A stretch of 64,000 nucleotides of DNA from a virus (lineage: Duplodnaviria; Caudoviricetes), in IMG/VR virus record IMGVR_UViG_3300005544_000020, positions 128,001-192,000 of that record; one strand, written 5' to 3'. The position numbers and the translations under genes are program-made. This document shows positions 19,299-28,737 of the stretch, in pieces. The notes under the pieces were generated by a model. The model did not search any database and was not told the origin of the DNA. It worked only from the letters and a program-made list of their open reading frames with translations. Position 1 is the first letter of the stretch, and the number at the start of each line of letters is the position of its first letter.

Positions 19299-19868
19299 TT
19301 AGTCCTTGTACTCGTCGTTCAGGAAGCGGATCTTCTGTCCCTTGAACTTGTTGACGACGTATTCCCGGGTCTTGGGGTCGACGCCCTTGATCTGCATGAA
19401 GGCATCGGAACCGATCTTGTCGCCAACCTGGAAGAGCGTCTTCGTCTTGCATGCCTTCCGGAACCGGCGGTCGTCGAGGGTCCGGTTGACCTCGTCCCAG
19501 ACCCAGCAGTCGCGGTTGAAGACGTCGCGGTCCAGGATGTCAAGCTCCTCGTCCTTCTTGTCGGCGGGGATCTTGAGCCGCTGCTCCTCGATGAAGCCCA
19601 TGAACATCGCTTCCTCGGGCGACTCGCCGTGCATCATGTCGAGGAAGTCGAAGTTCATCTCGCCGCCGTTGCCCTCGTCGATGATCTCCGCGACCTTCAC
19701 ATGGTCGCGCAGGAGGATGGCGTTGAGGCCGTGGCCCTCCATCCCCCGGAACGTCTTGATCTTGGCCACCTCGTACTTGTGGCCCTGCTGCTCGAGCTGC
19801 TCGTTCGTGACCGACGGATCGAGCGGGATCTCCGTGACGACGGCGCCGTTGACGATTTTGGTGCTCAT
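19299..19868 (-). CDS. Hypothetical protein downstream of a strong promoter
   Basis: GAAGGAG RBS; strongly G/C-ending codons. Confidence 0.65.
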   Translation of the reverse strand: MSTKIVNGAVVTEIPLDPSVTNEQLEQQGHKYEVAKIKTFRGMEGHGLNAILLRDHVKVAEIIDEGNGGEMNFDFLDMMHGESPEEAMFMGFIEEQRLKIPADKKDEELDILDRDVFNRDCWVWDEVNRTLDDRRFRKACKTKTLFQVGDKIGSDAFMQIKGVDPKTREYVVNKFKGQKIRFLNDEYKD

Positions 19869-19912
19869 GGCTATCTCCTTCCTCAGTCCTTGGTAACCCT
19901 TCGAACATCTTG

Positions 19913-19941
19913 AGTATAGACCCGAGTATATAGGCTGTCAA
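19913..19941 (-). promoter_or_regulatory. sigma70 promoter TTGACA-N17-TATACT (class I)
   Basis: Near-consensus boxes; spacer contains TATATACTCGGGTC. Confidence 0.8.
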
Positions 19942-19962
19942 GGAATAAAAAGTGAGAAGAAT

Positions 19963-19996
19963 AAAAAAGGCCTGAGCAGATTTCTCTGCCCAGGCC
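19963..19996 (-). terminator. Rho-independent terminator
   Basis: GGCCTGGGCAGA-GAAA-TCTGCTCAGGCC followed by TTTTTT, after the vWA gene. Confidence 0.85.
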
Positions 19997-20034
19997 CCCT
20001 GAGTATGCGCGAGCGACAGGCCCGCGACTGGGTA

Positions 20035-20829
20035 CTAGGGATTGCCGAAGCCTCCGAGAGCGGTCTTGGAGAAGCTGGCGGCGTTCTGGCTCGCGCGCAC
20101 CGCGCTCTGGGAGAAGAGCTGGAAGGCCTTCCGGATCTCGGACGGCGTGGTCTTAGGGGTCAGGATCCACTCGTCGCGGAGGCCCATCTCCTTGAAGACC
20201 TGCTTGAAGTCCGTGCCGGCGCCGTCATCGAACCCCATGGCTGCGATGATGTGGTTCTCCTTCCGGAGCATGTCCTCCACGATCGCCTTCACGTTCTTCG
20301 CGTGGCCCCTGGAACTCTCGTCCTTGCCGTCGGTCATGAGGAGCGTCACCGTGCGGACCGGGATGCCGTTGTCGGCGAACTCCTTGGTCTTGGCGAGCAC
20401 GGTGCCGAGGCAGACGACCGCCTGGTCGTAGAGCGGCGTTCCCAGGTTGGGATCGTAGTTCTTGTCCGTCATCTTGACCGCATCGTCGATCTTGACGTAC
20501 GGATAGAGGACCGTCCCGTTCAGGAATCGATTGTGGATCAGGACGGAATCCTTCTGCTTGCTGGCCAGCAGGGCGTTCACGACTTCGTTGTGCCCGTCGC
20601 GGATCGCCTGGCTGTTTCCGCCGAAGCGGATCGAGCCGGAATCGTCCGGCATGAGCGTGACCAGCACGACCTCGGAGGACTGCACGTCCTCCGCACCGAT
20701 CCCCAGGCCTGCCTGGATCTGGGCGCCGATGTCGATGTTGGTCAGGGCCTGCATGGAGGCGGCGGACAGGTCGCCTTCCTTGTGGGCTCCCTTCAGGAGC
20801 TCGTTCGCATTGGGGACTGTCTTGCTCAT
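20035..20829 (-). CDS. vWA (TerY-like) domain protein
   Basis: MIDAS DDSGS, TPLYD, LLMTDG. Confidence 0.85.
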   Translation of the reverse strand: MSKTVPNANELLKGAHKEGDLSAASMQALTNIDIGAQIQAGLGIGAEDVQSSEVVLVTLMPDDSGSIRFGGNSQAIRDGHNEVVNALLASKQKDSVLIHNRFLNGTVLYPYVKIDDAVKMTDKNYDPNLGTPLYDQAVVCLGTVLAKTKEFADNGIPVRTVTLLMTDGKDESSRGHAKNVKAIVEDMLRKENHIIAAMGFDDGAGTDFKQVFKEMGLRDEWILTPKTTPSEIRKAFQLFSQSAVRASQNAASFSKTALGGFGNP

Positions 20830-20860
20830 GGGTTTCTCCTTCCTTCCTCAAATATCGATC

Positions 20861-21391
20861 TCAGTTCTTCACGGCATCCGCATCGACGAACTCGAAGCGG
20901 TGCAACTTCTTCGTCCCTTCCGCGGGGACGACGTAGTAGACCTCCTTGTAGCGGATCTTGACGGAGTCGCCTTGCTTCAGCTTCTTCCAGAGGTTCCCGG
21001 CCCGGGAATCCCTCCCGAGATCTTCGATCAGGAACTTGCCGTGCTGGCACTCGAAGACCACGGCAAACTGATCCTCGACCTTGACGGTATTGCTGCCTCG
21101 GATTGCCGGCACGGAGATCGTCTTGGTATGCATCCCCAGAGGATCATCCCAGCCGCTCTGCGCGATGGTCTTGACGTGTCCAGGCATTTCGCTGCTGGTC
21201 GTAACCGTAGATCCCAGGCGGAAGGCGATCTCGAGGACCTTCCCGCTTTCCGTTACCTCCGGTCCCGTCTCCTCATGGGGAGGCGGTGGTAACTCCGCGT
21301 TCTGGGGGCCGGACATCCGATATCGAGTCGGACGCGGCTCGTCGCACGAGACGGCCAGAAGCGCCAGGACCAGCACGATCGAGATCTTCAT
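20861..21391 (-). CDS. Putative lipoprotein
   Basis: MKISIVLVLALLAVSC lipobox. Confidence 0.65.
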   Translation of the reverse strand: MKISIVLVLALLAVSCDEPRPTRYRMSGPQNAELPPPPHEETGPEVTESGKVLEIAFRLGSTVTTSSEMPGHVKTIAQSGWDDPLGMHTKTISVPAIRGSNTVKVEDQFAVVFECQHGKFLIEDLGRDSRAGNLWKKLKQGDSVKIRYKEVYYVVPAEGTKKLHRFEFVDADAVKN

Positions 21392-21393
21392 GG

Positions 21394-22458
21394 TTACGCC
21401 GGGAAGCCTTCCCAGTCCTCCATGGGAGTCGTGGACTCGACGACGTGCATGCCGGCGTCGTCGAACAGCTTGAGGGCCTTCTCCGCCTGCGGGGTGAAGT
21501 CGGCCAGGAAGCCGCCCTTGCCGTCCGGAACGGCGACCGCGCTCATGCAGTCCTTGAGGACGTAGACCTTCTTGACGAGCTTCGGATCCTGGGCGTTGAT
21601 CGTGTCGAGCAGATCCTTGATGGAGCTGGAGACGCAGTGGGAGGCTGCCTGGCCCGCAATCACGACTGCGTCGGAATCCAGCAACTTCTTAATGAAGGCC
21701 GTGTTCCGCTGCGCGAGGGGCTTCCCGTCATGCCGGGTCAGGACCTCCGGGGAGAGGACGCTGTAGTTCTCGGTCAGGAGATTGCCGCCCTTCACTTCGA
21801 CGGCGTTGACGGACTTCCGGGTGAAGGCGTGGAAGATCCGGGCCTCCTCGATCACGCCGGAGAGGACGTGGCCGGTGGAGCCGATCAGGCAGTGATAGGG
21901 CCAGAGGTAGAGCATGTACTTCCCGGCCTTCTCGAGCTCCTCGCAGTAGAACCTCACCTGCTTGATCAGCCAGGGAAGGTTGCCGTCGCAGACGATCTGC
22001 GCGGCCGCCTTGGTGGGGCACACCTCGCCGGACTTGATCATCTCGCTCTTGATGACCGTATGGGCGCCCAGGGGCTTGCCGTCCTTGTCCTCCCAGAAGC
22101 TCGGGAAGAAGATCTGGAACGGGAAGTGGGTGTCCATGGTGCAGGTGATGTCCGAGATCCTGCCCAGGTTCCGGTAGATGAACTCCGCCATCTTCCGGTT
22201 GTCCTCCATGGCGCCCTTGCCGCTGCGGCCGCCGACGTAGAGCGAGCCCTGGGGGAAGCAGAAGTCCTTCTGGACGTCGATCAGGAGCAGCTCGATCTTC
22301 TTGCCGTCGTGGCCCGAGGGCTTGATGTCGTGCTTCTTGATCCAGGACTCGGCCTGCCCGAAGAGGTCCGCGTGATTGGGCTCATAGGCCCAATCGTCGG
22401 CGTTCTTGGCCTTGAAGAACGTCGGAAGCGGAAGCTGCCGGATTGCCGTGGTGCTCAT
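21394..22458 (-). CDS. pncA: Nicotinamidase / isochorismatase-family cysteine hydrolase
   Basis: LIDVQKDFC, MDTH, WPYHC, EVKG..ENYS, AGQAASHCV. Confidence 0.8.
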   Translation of the reverse strand: MSTTAIRQLPLPTFFKAKNADDWAYEPNHADLFGQAESWIKKHDIKPSGHDGKKIELLLIDVQKDFCFPQGSLYVGGRSGKGAMEDNRKMAEFIYRNLGRISDITCTMDTHFPFQIFFPSFWEDKDGKPLGAHTVIKSEMIKSGEVCPTKAAAQIVCDGNLPWLIKQVRFYCEELEKAGKYMLYLWPYHCLIGSTGHVLSGVIEEARIFHAFTRKSVNAVEVKGGNLLTENYSVLSPEVLTRHDGKPLAQRNTAFIKKLLDSDAVVIAGQAASHCVSSSIKDLLDTINAQDPKLVKKVYVLKDCMSAVAVPDGKGGFLADFTPQAEKALKLFDDAGMHVVESTTPMEDWEGFPA

Positions 22459-22543
22459 GCGTTTCTCCTTCCTATCCTTCTAAAATGAAGACTGCCTACT
22501 TAGTGTACTTATAACACTAATTAACATCTAGAATATTCCGCGT

Positions 22544-22969
22544 TTACTTTCCTCCAGGTTTCACGTATTCCGCGCTCTGAACCATGTACCCGGAGTCCGT
22601 CTGGCAGCCGGGGCGGATCATCCATTCCTTGTACTTCACGATCACGGGCTTCTGGGTTCGCTGGGCTTCCTGGAGAAGCTTCAGACTGGTTTCATCTTCG
22701 TCCGGAATCGTGAAGTGCCAGACATTCGTTTCAAGATGTCCCTGAGAATTAGAAACCATCCCGCCCAGGTTCATCTCTCCTTCCCAAGTCTTGTTCTGCC
22801 AGCCCTTATGGCTGATCTTGGTGACGACCCCGACACGCTCGCCCTCGCTGTAGCTGTCGTTGCATCCGACCGGGCACCCTCGCGTACCGAAGCACAGAGC
22901 CAGGCAGATGCCCACGATCATGATCGTGTAGATGACCTCGAGCAGCGTGACTCCGCGATTCGTCCTCAT
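22544..22969 (-). CDS. Exported protein with a type IV prepilin-like leader
   Basis: MRTNRG-VTLLE-hydrophobic; YSEGERVG..K.S.KG...KTWEGE body. Confidence 0.65.
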   Translation of the reverse strand: MRTNRGVTLLEVIYTIMIVGICLALCFGTRGCPVGCNDSYSEGERVGVVTKISHKGWQNKTWEGEMNLGGMVSNSQGHLETNVWHFTIPDEDETSLKLLQEAQRTQKPVIVKYKEWMIRPGCQTDSGYMVQSAEYVKPGGK

Positions 22970-22973
22970 GGCA

Positions 22974-24857
22974 TCACCCCATCTTCAGGACACGGATTTC
23001 GGAACGGTCTACGACATGCAAACCGTTCTTAGCGGGGAAGAGGTGGCATCCAGAATGTACGAAGGGTTCGGCGTCCGGATACTCGGCGGTCTTCTGAATC
23101 ACCCCTCCAGCGACTTCTAAACGACAGAGGCCTTCGTCCGTGACCATGAACAGGTACTTTCCGAAAGCGCATTTCCCGCGAATTTCTCCGAGGATCCCGC
23201 CGGCATCCTCCTCGAGGTGTCCTTCGACTTGGCCGGCGCTGTCGATGACGGTGCAGCGCGTGACGATCTTCGGGCCCTGCTTCAGGGTCGCAAAGAACCA
23301 AACCCGATCCTTGGTGAAGAAGGTCGTGGAGTCCATGAGATGGCCGTGAAGGGGCGGCAATTTCACGGTGTCGTTCAGTCGGCCCTGGTTCACGTCGAAG
23401 ACGAAGGCCATGGACAGGTTGGCTGCCCGGTAGAAGCCGAAACCGAAAGACTCGCCGACCCAGAAGAGCGTCTGGTTCTGCAGGACGTCTCCGATTCGCT
23501 CCGGGCCCGCGGGACGTTTCCGATAGAGGACGCCGTTCTCGCACCAGATGTAGAAGCTTTCGTTCGCATCGAAGACGGGCAGTTGCCCATAGCGATCAAC
23601 ATTCAGGGTCGCATAGTCGGGATTGCCGTCCTCGGACACGATCCGGACCTGGTCGTCATTGCCGACCAGCGTGTAGTCGCCCATGATCCGATACCGGGCC
23701 CGGAAGCCCGGGTCTTCCTTGAAGGCTACCGATCCGTCTTCACGCTTGAAGTCACGGCCTTCGCGGAATAGATAATTCAGGACCCCACTCTGGGAGACGG
23801 CGAAGAGGATCTCGCCCGAGGTCTTGAAAACGGCCGTCGAAGTCACCTTACCGCGCACTTTGACGGTCTCCTTGATGGCCGCCGGCGCCGCCTTCTGGCA
23901 GCTCGGGCACTTGGGGCGGGCATGCTCGGTGCCGCACCCGCTGCAGACGGTCCAGCGGATATTCATCAGAAGATGCTTCGAAATCTCGCGCTGCGGCCCT
24001 TCGAAGACGCTCTGGAACCAGTCGAGAAAGCTATCCGGAAGCCTATCGAACGGCACCGCGGGCTTCGGATAGATCACATCCTTGTGAAAAACGCTGATCC
24101 GGTATCCAGGCAGCGGTCGCGCGGCATGCGGGATCTGCTTGTTCTTGTTGCTCGGCCTATAGATCCCTCCGAAAGGATCACAGAGCAGGAGCGACCGGAA
24201 AAGCATCACGTTATAGGCGTACCAGTCGGACGATTCCTTGTGGGGAAACTTGAGGATCGGCCGGGTCTCCTTCGGATCACAGTGGAGCGGATCAACGAAC
24301 CGCTCGGTGTACATCCGGCTGAGATATTTCCCGAACTGGAAGCTGTCGGCGTCGATGATGAAGGGATCTCCAGCCCAGTCGACCAGAATGTTCAGGTCGT
24401 TGAAGTCTCCGATCACGACTTTCCAGTTCTGATGCAGCCGATCGACCGTCTGCCAGAGCTTCTGGAAGATCTCGACGACCTTGTTGTTGTCTAGCGTGGC
24501 GCCGCGGAAGGACCGCTCGGACCAGCGCAGGAGAACCTCGGCCTTGGGCACGTACTCCATGGTGTACCCCAGGATGCGCTGCTCCGTGCGATCCGTGACC
24601 AGGCTGATCGGCGCCTTCACGTTCAGGCCGGCGAGCTTGGGGAATTCCCGGAGTTTGGTCTGGTGCTCCAGGAGGCGCTGCCGCGCGCCTTCGGCCTCCT
24701 GGCTATTGTTCATGTAGTCCGGGTGATCCGGCTGCTTATAGATCTTCGCGACCGTCCGAGCGTCGATCTTGTAGACGTCCGCCTCGCCTCCCTTGCCCAC
24801 GGACTGGGAGGGATCGAGCCGTATCCTCTTCCCGCTGATATAGACTTCCATGCTCAC
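22974..24857 (-). CDS. Ser/Thr protein kinase (TerY-P-associated type) with C-terminal beta-rich domain
   Basis: GKGGEADVY, VAKIY, GDFNDLNILV, IDADS, SDWYAY. Confidence 0.88.
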   Translation of the reverse strand: MSMEVYISGKRIRLDPSQSVGKGGEADVYKIDARTVAKIYKQPDHPDYMNNSQEAEGARQRLLEHQTKLREFPKLAGLNVKAPISLVTDRTEQRILGYTMEYVPKAEVLLRWSERSFRGATLDNNKVVEIFQKLWQTVDRLHQNWKVVIGDFNDLNILVDWAGDPFIIDADSFQFGKYLSRMYTERFVDPLHCDPKETRPILKFPHKESSDWYAYNVMLFRSLLLCDPFGGIYRPSNKNKQIPHAARPLPGYRISVFHKDVIYPKPAVPFDRLPDSFLDWFQSVFEGPQREISKHLLMNIRWTVCSGCGTEHARPKCPSCQKAAPAAIKETVKVRGKVTSTAVFKTSGEILFAVSQSGVLNYLFREGRDFKREDGSVAFKEDPGFRARYRIMGDYTLVGNDDQVRIVSEDGNPDYATLNVDRYGQLPVFDANESFYIWCENGVLYRKRPAGPERIGDVLQNQTLFWVGESFGFGFYRAANLSMAFVFDVNQGRLNDTVKLPPLHGHLMDSTTFFTKDRVWFFATLKQGPKIVTRCTVIDSAGQVEGHLEEDAGGILGEIRGKCAFGKYLFMVTDEGLCRLEVAGGVIQKTAEYPDAEPFVHSGCHLFPAKNGLHVVDRSEIRVLKMG

Positions 24858-24860
24858 GAC

Positions 24861-25037
24861 TCACCGTCTCCGAAGCTTTAGCCTGATCTTCCGGTAAAGG
24901 CGCAGATTCCCCCGCTTGAACTTGATATCGTTCTTCACACGAAGGCATTCACGACATTGAGAGATATTGACTTCGAAATAATATTCATCCCCAGCCGTGG
25001 CCGAGCGGTGAACGATATGCCATTTGTGCTTACACAT
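24861..25037 (-). CDS. 58-aa small protein absent from the ORF track (MCKHKW...CREC)
   Basis: Manually translated; fills the gap between neighbouring genes. Confidence 0.5.
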   Translation of the reverse strand: MCKHKWHIVHRSATAGDEYYFEVNISQCRECLRVKNDIKFKRGNLRLYRKIRLKLRRR

Positions 25038-25040
25038 TGC

Positions 25041-25235
25041 TCATTTCTTCCTCAACAGCTCTCGGACCTTCATGAGCTCGTCGTAGGCGGTCTTCGTGAT
25101 CCGGACGCGCTGGATGCGGCTTTCTCCCGCTCCCATGTCCGTCTCATGCCCGAGCCAGTAGCTCTCTCCCTCACGCTTCAGATAGAAGCCGAGCCCGAGG
25201 AAGCGCTTGAAGAAAACTTCGCGTCTTTGCGTCAT
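25041..25235 (-). CDS. Small hypothetical protein
   Basis: ATGA overlap. Confidence 0.5.
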   Translation of the reverse strand: MTQRREVFFKRFLGLGFYLKREGESYWLGHETDMGAGESRIQRVRITKTAYDELMKVRELLRKK

Positions 25236-25951
25236 TTCAGGCCCCAGCGATCCTTCTCACCGCCGAGGATCTTGGCGAAGGCCTTGAGGTACTCTCTGGC
25301 CTTGTCCTTGCCGTGGGCATGGATCATCAACCCGTCGGGCCGGATGTCCATGGTGACCTTCACGTCACCATAGACCTTTTCATTGCCGAGAAGTTCCAGG
25401 GCGAGCTTGTAGTCGTACTCTCCCGGGCCGGGTTCGATCTCAAGATGATAGACACTCTTTCGAGCTCCCAGCCTGAGCGTCCGCCCGACCGGGCCGTTCA
25501 GAGACTTCTCCTTGTCGATCCTCTTTTGCAGCCGGACACGATACCAGGGCTTTGCCGACCATGGATCCGCCTTGGGCCAGTATCCGTTCGGAAGGGATTC
25601 GAAGCAGGCTCCCCCCTCAGCGATGTACTTAGGATTGTCGAGCGGCCCGAACATGAAGCCCGCATCCAGGACCGCCCGGTACCAGAAGTCGAACTCCTGC
25701 AGTGCCTCATAGCGGATCGTACAGCTCTGATGCGCGTGCTCCGCACGATGGTTCAGGAACGTCTGGTCGCGCAGACTTGGGGACGTAAGGTCCCAGCCGT
25801 GCCCACAGATGCAGCAGATCTTCTCGCGGACATCATGAAAGACGCTGCCGCAGGTATATTCGCGATCCTGCCACTTGATGTAGAACTGATTGTACTGGTC
25901 GAACCCGGCCATGCCGTCTGGAGTCACGGGTTTCAGGATGTCGTTCACCAC
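25232..25951 (-). CDS. Hypothetical protein with CxxC..H..C cluster
   Basis: Packed ORF. Confidence 0.55.
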   Translation of the reverse strand: MVNDILKPVTPDGMAGFDQYNQFYIKWQDREYTCGSVFHDVREKICCICGHGWDLTSPSLRDQTFLNHRAEHAHQSCTIRYEALQEFDFWYRAVLDAGFMFGPLDNPKYIAEGGACFESLPNGYWPKADPWSAKPWYRVRLQKRIDKEKSLNGPVGRTLRLGARKSVYHLEIEPGPGEYDYKLALELLGNEKVYGDVKVTMDIRPDGLMIHAHGKDKAREYLKAFAKILGGEKDRWGLK

Positions 25952-26775
25952 TTCTTCCTCCGAATGGCGACCAGAGTCGTATCGTCCCGAAGAGGCCCGT
26001 GGGCTTCAGACATGGCCTTCTTCTCCCAGTCGACCTTCTGGGTGGATCGGTTGATCAGGGCGAGCCGGTGACCGATCATGAAGGGATTCTTGAAGAACCC
26101 ATCCTTCTCCCAGAATTGGGAGATCGGCCCGATCTTCTCCTCCTTGCCCGGGATCGGCTTGTCGAAGGACCGCGCGAGATCGTTGACGCCGTCCGTGCCG
26201 AGCAGGATGGATTTGACCGTCTCAAGCGATCCCATCCAGAGCATGCCGAGCTCCGGAGCCTTCTGGTTGGTCTCGACCAGGTTGTAGCTCAGGTAGGCAG
26301 GCGCGTTGTTCGGCGACGGCATGACCGTGGGGAGGTCGTTCACGTAGAAGATGCCGTCCCCGCAGCCGAAGATGTAGGCCTTCCCATTCTTCGGATCGAG
26401 GACCGCCGCCACGAGCGTGAACAGGAAATACTGGCTCACGTTCTCGGAGAAGCTTCCGGCCATCGCCTCGGCGATCGACTGGATCTTGGTCAGGATGCTC
26501 CGCTGGACATTTTTGAGTCCTGGATTGGGCATATTGGCGTACGGGAACGCGTCCGGATCCGCCCGGTAGTGCTTGAGGATACTGTCGACGGAGATCTTCG
26601 CGCCGATCTTTGCGCCGACCTCCGAATGATCACTGCTCCCGCAGCCGTCGCATACCACCGCGACCGTAATGTCCTTGTGGGACCAGCAATACGCATCGTG
26701 GGAATTCTGCCCGATGCGGACATGATCGCGGCCAGCCACCGTGCCGCCGGCGATTTCGAAAGATTGAACGCTCAT
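25945..26775 (-). CDS. PP2C-like protein phosphatase (TerY-P type)
   Basis: GRDH...NSHDA, VVCDGCGS, GCGDG, LGTDG, DDTT. Confidence 0.9.
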   Translation of the reverse strand: MSVQSFEIAGGTVAGRDHVRIGQNSHDAYCWSHKDITVAVVCDGCGSSDHSEVGAKIGAKISVDSILKHYRADPDAFPYANMPNPGLKNVQRSILTKIQSIAEAMAGSFSENVSQYFLFTLVAAVLDPKNGKAYIFGCGDGIFYVNDLPTVMPSPNNAPAYLSYNLVETNQKAPELGMLWMGSLETVKSILLGTDGVNDLARSFDKPIPGKEEKIGPISQFWEKDGFFKNPFMIGHRLALINRSTQKVDWEKKAMSEAHGPLRDDTTLVAIRRKKW

Positions 26776-27257
26776 GTCAGTTTCACTTTCGGCAGCTTGA
26801 GGATGTCCATCAGGAAGAGCACATGCTTCCGGCGAACCCCATGTTTCGGATTCGTGTGGATGTACAGGAAGTTGGGCTGCTTCTCGGTCCAGGACTCGGC
26901 TTCCTGGCCGATGCCGTCCTCGATCCAGACGCAGACCGGTGTACGCCCCGCAAGGAAGTTCTGCACCCCTTCCAGTTTCCAGTCCATCATCTTCCCGCTG
27001 CGGCAGATCGTGGCATCAGGCCGATCAGGAAGGCCTGCCCACTTCGCGATCAAATTGCCGTCCAGCCGCCAGGCCGTGCACCACTGCACGTCGAAGGTGC
27101 TCCAGGCCCAGCGCATGAACGGCTTCGTGAATTTCGTCGGATAGAGGTGATGGGAATGGCCGCCCGGCTCCTGGAGCAGAACTTCTCTCTGCTTCATGTC
27201 CCGGGAGAAAACGTTCAGAACGCCGTCAACGTCCAGGAAGAGAATAGGCTTGTCCAT
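26772..27257 (-). CDS. HAD-superfamily phosphatase of the Swiss-Army-Knife RNA repair type, probably leaderless
   Basis: ILFLDVDGVLN, WCTAW, WIED. Confidence 0.8.
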   Translation of the reverse strand: MDKPILFLDVDGVLNVFSRDMKQREVLLQEPGGHSHHLYPTKFTKPFMRWAWSTFDVQWCTAWRLDGNLIAKWAGLPDRPDATICRSGKMMDWKLEGVQNFLAGRTPVCVWIEDGIGQEAESWTEKQPNFLYIHTNPKHGVRRKHVLFLMDILKLPKVKLT

Positions 27258-27264
27258 CACCGGA

Positions 27265-27294
27265 AGATTACAGTAAACCCCGTTTACCTGTCAA
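27265..27294 (-). promoter_or_regulatory. Promoter TTGACA-N18-TAATCT with the palindrome GTAAAC-GGG-GTTTAC in the spacer
   Basis: Read directly; ATG 7 nt downstream of the -10 box. Confidence 0.65.
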
Positions 27295-27299
27295 CTGTT

Positions 27300-28154
27300 T
27301 TACGTTCGGAATTCCGCAAAACCTTTCGGGAATTCCCGGCGATAGACATCGATGATCTTCTTGATGTGCTCCGGATAACCATCGCCTCGCGTCCACGATC
27401 CATAGTTGAAGGAGCTATTGTAGAAGTGATCGACGGAAGCCTGGAATTCCGAGGATGAAACGACCCCCGCTCTAAGATCGTCCTTCCCGTTTGCGACGTG
27501 ATGGTAGACCTGGGCGAAGGTATCCACGAAGACAGGCCGATCCTCGGTCTGAGGATGCGCGTGGAAATAGGATTGCCTGGCCTTGTACTCGATCAACATT
27601 TTCGGATAGATGATCGCGGACTTGCCCACGATCTCGTCGAAGAGCCGGCGAGACAGGACGCTGTGCCAAATGCTGATCTTGGGAGCCGAGTAGACCTTCT
27701 CCCCATGGGCGGTTTCATAAGGCTGAAGGCCTGCTCGATCTTCGAACAGGCATCCGATCAAGTCCGCCTCTGGAAATCGCTCATTCAACGGGGTGATGAA
27801 GTCTTTCTTGACGAAGAGATCGTGGTCCAGGATCACCGCCTGGTCGAAATCGGAGTACCGGGCCTGCTTGAAGAGGTTTTCCAGGTTCTTCGCGTGCATG
27901 ACGCTGTAGCGGTACCAGCAGGCGTTGTAGGCCCCCAGCCAGTCGATCTCGTCGACGAGATGGATCTGGGCCAATCCCCGAAGATCCTTGAAGAGGCCCA
28001 GGTCCTTGCAGTAGTCCGAGTAGTTCGAATGGCATCCCAGATGGAGATCGATCTCATATGCCTGATGCGCTCTCAGGAAGGAGCCGATCGTCAGCTTGGC
28101 GACCTCCGGATAGGTGTGGACGGCAACGAAGACCGCAAGTTTCTTCCGGCTCAT
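27300..28154 (-). CDS. GT-A-like glycosyltransferase
   Basis: VILDHD DxD-like motif after a beta strand; N-terminal nucleotide-binding pattern. Confidence 0.55.
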   Translation of the reverse strand: MSRKKLAVFVAVHTYPEVAKLTIGSFLRAHQAYEIDLHLGCHSNYSDYCKDLGLFKDLRGLAQIHLVDEIDWLGAYNACWYRYSVMHAKNLENLFKQARYSDFDQAVILDHDLFVKKDFITPLNERFPEADLIGCLFEDRAGLQPYETAHGEKVYSAPKISIWHSVLSRRLFDEIVGKSAIIYPKMLIEYKARQSYFHAHPQTEDRPVFVDTFAQVYHHVANGKDDLRAGVVSSSEFQASVDHFYNSSFNYGSWTRGDGYPEHIKKIIDVYRREFPKGFAEFRT

Positions 28155-28368
28155 CTCTTATGACCGATCTGTTTCCCAAACGGTTGCTTGCCGAAGCTGC
28201 CTTTACCTCTCCAGGCGCCGTTGCGCCGGCCGCCGAGGCCCGGCACCGAGATTCCCTTCTTGCTCGGCTGCATAAGAAGGACTCCCATCAGGACCATGCC
28301 GATGATGACGGCCGCGGGCTGATCGTCGATGAGCTTCTCGATCTCCGGCGAGAAGATCTTTTTCCTCT

Positions 28369-28734
28369 TCATAGCATGTCTTCTTTAGCCGGTGGCGGAT
28401 CATAGACGACGGAGTGTTCGAGGAAGTGGAGCATGGCGGCCTTCACGAAGGAGCGCCCCATCGTCTCCGTGTCGCAGACGAGCTGCTTCTTCTTCTCGTA
28501 GAAAGTGATCTGTCCGAAGCCGATGCCCTCGGCGCCCCAGTCCAGGATGAAACCACCTTTTGGAACGTCTTCGCTCACCTTGACGTAGACGAACTTGAGG
28601 TTCTTCTGGGCGGCTTCCCGTTGTTCCTGGGACTGGTTCGGGCTCCAGCCGAGTTCCTGCGCTTTCAATGCCATCTTTCGAACGGCATCGCACAATTTCT
28701 TGGGATCGATCTTCGGACGCTTCTTCTTGGCCAT
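28369..28734 (-). CDS. Hypothetical protein
   Basis: Packed ORF. Confidence 0.5.
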   Translation of the reverse strand: MAKKKRPKIDPKKLCDAVRKMALKAQELGWSPNQSQEQREAAQKNLKFVYVKVSEDVPKGGFILDWGAEGIGFGQITFYEKKKQLVCDTETMGRSFVKAAMLHFLEHSVVYDPPPAKEDML

Positions 28735-28737
28735 CTT

